DNA of 38,583 bases from Octopus bimaculoides (lineage: Eukaryota): NCBI RefSeq assembly GCF_001194135.2, contig NC_068983.1, positions 150,645,414 to 150,683,996 of the forward strand. The letters run 5' to 3'. The first letter of the stretch is position 1. Every line of letters starts with the position of its first letter. Positions 35,831 through 38,583 of the stretch are shown piece by piece. Made by a program: the position numbers and the translations under genes. The notes under the pieces were generated by a model. The model saw nothing but the letters and a program-made list of their open reading frames with translations, had not been told where the DNA came from and ran no database searches.

Positions 35831-37737
35831 TAAACACAATTTCTATCAACCGTTCTTTCTTGGCGGTGTGCCGAGCATATGTGTTACCTCCCTTTACGTT
35901 TTGAGTTGAAATTTTGTCGCGGTTGACAGTATATTTCATTTTAACTGTAGCATGAAATATGTTCCAGTCAAATAATACCGGCTTCGATAAAATCAATTGT
36001 CACTCACCCGAGTTTTGTGGTTTTATTTTTTTTTAATGGCTTAGTCAGAGAAGGAAGAAGACATGCAAGACCATTTTCAAATACATCGTTAATGATAAGA
36101 GAAGAGAGGAAGTCACTAACCCAGTCATAATAGAGAAGCTTACCAACTGCTAACTTCCAAACATAAAGTCAAAACCGTGTATCGATTGCCCTTTTCTTTC
36201 GTTTATGCACTTAGACATACACGTTCCAATCTTGTTGAGCCCTATCTAAAAAAACCAAAAAACAAGTTATTGAAGATGAAGAATTATTCATCATTTAATC
36301 ATTGAAGAATATACATATACACCCAGTCAGATATTTATCATACATCTTATCGAAAAATGACTAGAAATGTAATTAAGTATACGTGTTGGAAAGCTTTCGT
36401 GCAAGAAAAAGTAATTATCGTGATATCTGAGGACAATTAAGGGATTAAAGGGCTTAATTGCCCCTTTTCTACTAAAATATTACCTACTTTGAACATTTTG
36501 AAACCAACTTTCTTCATCATCCTGATGAAAAAAAGATTCAATACAATACCGCTTCATTCTAAAACAGTTTTAATTTTAAAACAGGCAAACATTACTCTTA
36601 CATAAAGCCACATACACATCCTACACACACTTTATAAACATCCCCAAATTTTGAAATCACTCCTCAGTAATTTAGGGACGTTGTACTTTATAGGGTAGAA
36701 AAGGTTTCAATCTATCTTGGGACAAATATACATTCGACACCTCTATTTTATCAACGTAGTATATTCAGTTAGAAATGGGTTTTTATGAAGAGCAGCCCAT
36801 CAAACCTTGACAGAAGAGAACCAAGACAAGGAATATCATCCGGCTTAATTAATCTTAGGTGAACGTTGCCACGAACATACCCAGTGATTGTCTAGCTGCT
36901 ATAAAACAAAGCTTCCCACTGATACAGACATCAACCAACAAGCAACTTCAACTGTCGAAATCCAATTACCTGTTCACTTGGGAAAATCTGTCATTTCAAA
37001 AGGGTTGTATATCGAGTATTCGCAACACCCCTGCAGGGTTTGAACTCACTAAGAGCATTTTCAAGGCTCGTTATCGTCAGTATCTATACCCATTTACTTC
37101 AAAGCACATAGAAAATTCTAATTCCTTGTTCTAATTTATCTGAAAATCAGATATCAAAGATCTAAACGCTCTCCAATAACATAGAGTATTGTCGATAATG
37201 CTGTTCCCAATTTTAGCAGCTTACAAACCTGTAGGCATTGTCTAAGTGACAAACTCCAGATATGAAGTAGCTACCGTTATCTCTCAATCGGAGGTTCGAA
37301 ATATCTAACATATCGGAAGATGTTGCTCCTGAACAATTTCCAGATGCCTGATTACCTTAGTACAAACGATAAACATTCATAGACATCGGCTCAGACAAGC
37401 TTTACTGAGTGTACCCCTAGCGGCCATAGATTAGACTCAGTAGCCTTCCATGCATCAAAATAGTCAATTCATTTTTGACCAGCAATGACTTGACTAGACT
37501 TAGAATCTAATCTAATGGCAAAAATAGTGATTTATGGTGACATCATCCATGATTTTTTTTGCATGTGTGAAACCCCGAGTAACAATAGAATGAACCACAA
37601 CTGTAAGCTTATACATATAAACTCTACATCACGTATTGAGTGTTCTTTTCTATCGTTTCTATACATAAAACTGTATATATGTACATATATGTGTGTGTGT
37701 ATGTGTATGTGTGTGCGTGTGAATACATACACGCACG

Positions 37738-37879
<142 letters not shown>

Positions 37880-38289
37880 GTATTCTTGTACATGTATACA
37901 CGCATCTAAGATTGTTTATTTTGCGGATGGGCTTTATAGCAGGGGAGACGGCAAAAAAATTCGCCTCTGTTACGGTCGACTGACCTATCCAAGAATATAA
38001 CAGAAATTAAATGGAATTACAAAGAATCGCTTACCATTTAGGCCATGCTTGAGAACGAAATGGGTAAAACCATCTTCAAATGGCTTCATATGGAAGAATA
38101 ATTGTCTCGTTTGTTTATTTTCGGAGTTTTTGTTGTTTTTTAGTTCTTCTTTTCTGATCTATTTTGTTATTGTTTTTTAATTTGTTGTTTTTTGGTGTTG
38201 GGGTGAATGTTGACGAGATTTTATTATTCCTTTTTTATATTTTTCTACCAATACACAAACATTATATTTATTCGCTTAGTTATTTTGTT

Positions 38290-38318
38290 AAACACACAAA
38301 TACACACACACACACACG

Positions 38319-38358
<40 letters not shown>

Positions 38359-38541
38359 ACACGCATAAACACATAAATACACAAACACATACAAATACAT
38401 ACATACAAATACACACATACAAATTCGCACACACATATATAGATATACGTATGTGTGTGTATATGTGCATATATATATATACGCAGACACACACATACAT
38501 ATATATACATATTTATAAGCATATATGTATATATACATATA

Positions 38542-38583
<42 letters not shown>
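38290..38583. repeat. (CA)/(TA) compound microsatellite to window end
   Basis: Direct read. Confidence 0.9.

Noticed and set aside
36650-37480. Possible decayed LINE coding sequence, including ORF 36859-37134
   Set aside because: No endonuclease or RT motif could be read reliably.

Overview
Eukaryotic, AT-rich, repeat-dominated window from a gappy scaffold: 16 N-runs totalling about 6.8 kb, almost all flanked by microsatellites. The SINE families and extreme microsatellite density suggest an octopus/cephalopod genome (inference from recalled repeat families, not a database hit). No complete protein-coding gene is visible, and nearly all long ORFs in the track are translated microsatellites or N-runs. 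Main contents: (1) five decayed, 5'-truncated R4/Dong-type (restriction-like endonuclease) non-LTR retrotransposon fragments, all on + and interleaved with (TAA)n arrays at 5.4-12.3 kb; (2) many tRNA-derived SINEs of three types, showing nesting and swapped 3' tails; (3) relics of a Penelope-like element, a CR1/Jockey-like LINE, LINE-like 3' UTRs, a hAT-like MITE end and a Helitron-like 5' end; (4) three short candidate + strand exons (42, 15 and 46 nt), which suggest the window may lie in the introns of a large host gene. The most interesting items are the multi-family (TAA)n landing-pad stack, a ~105-130 nt 3' module joined at the same point to two unrelated elements, and the microexon candidate.
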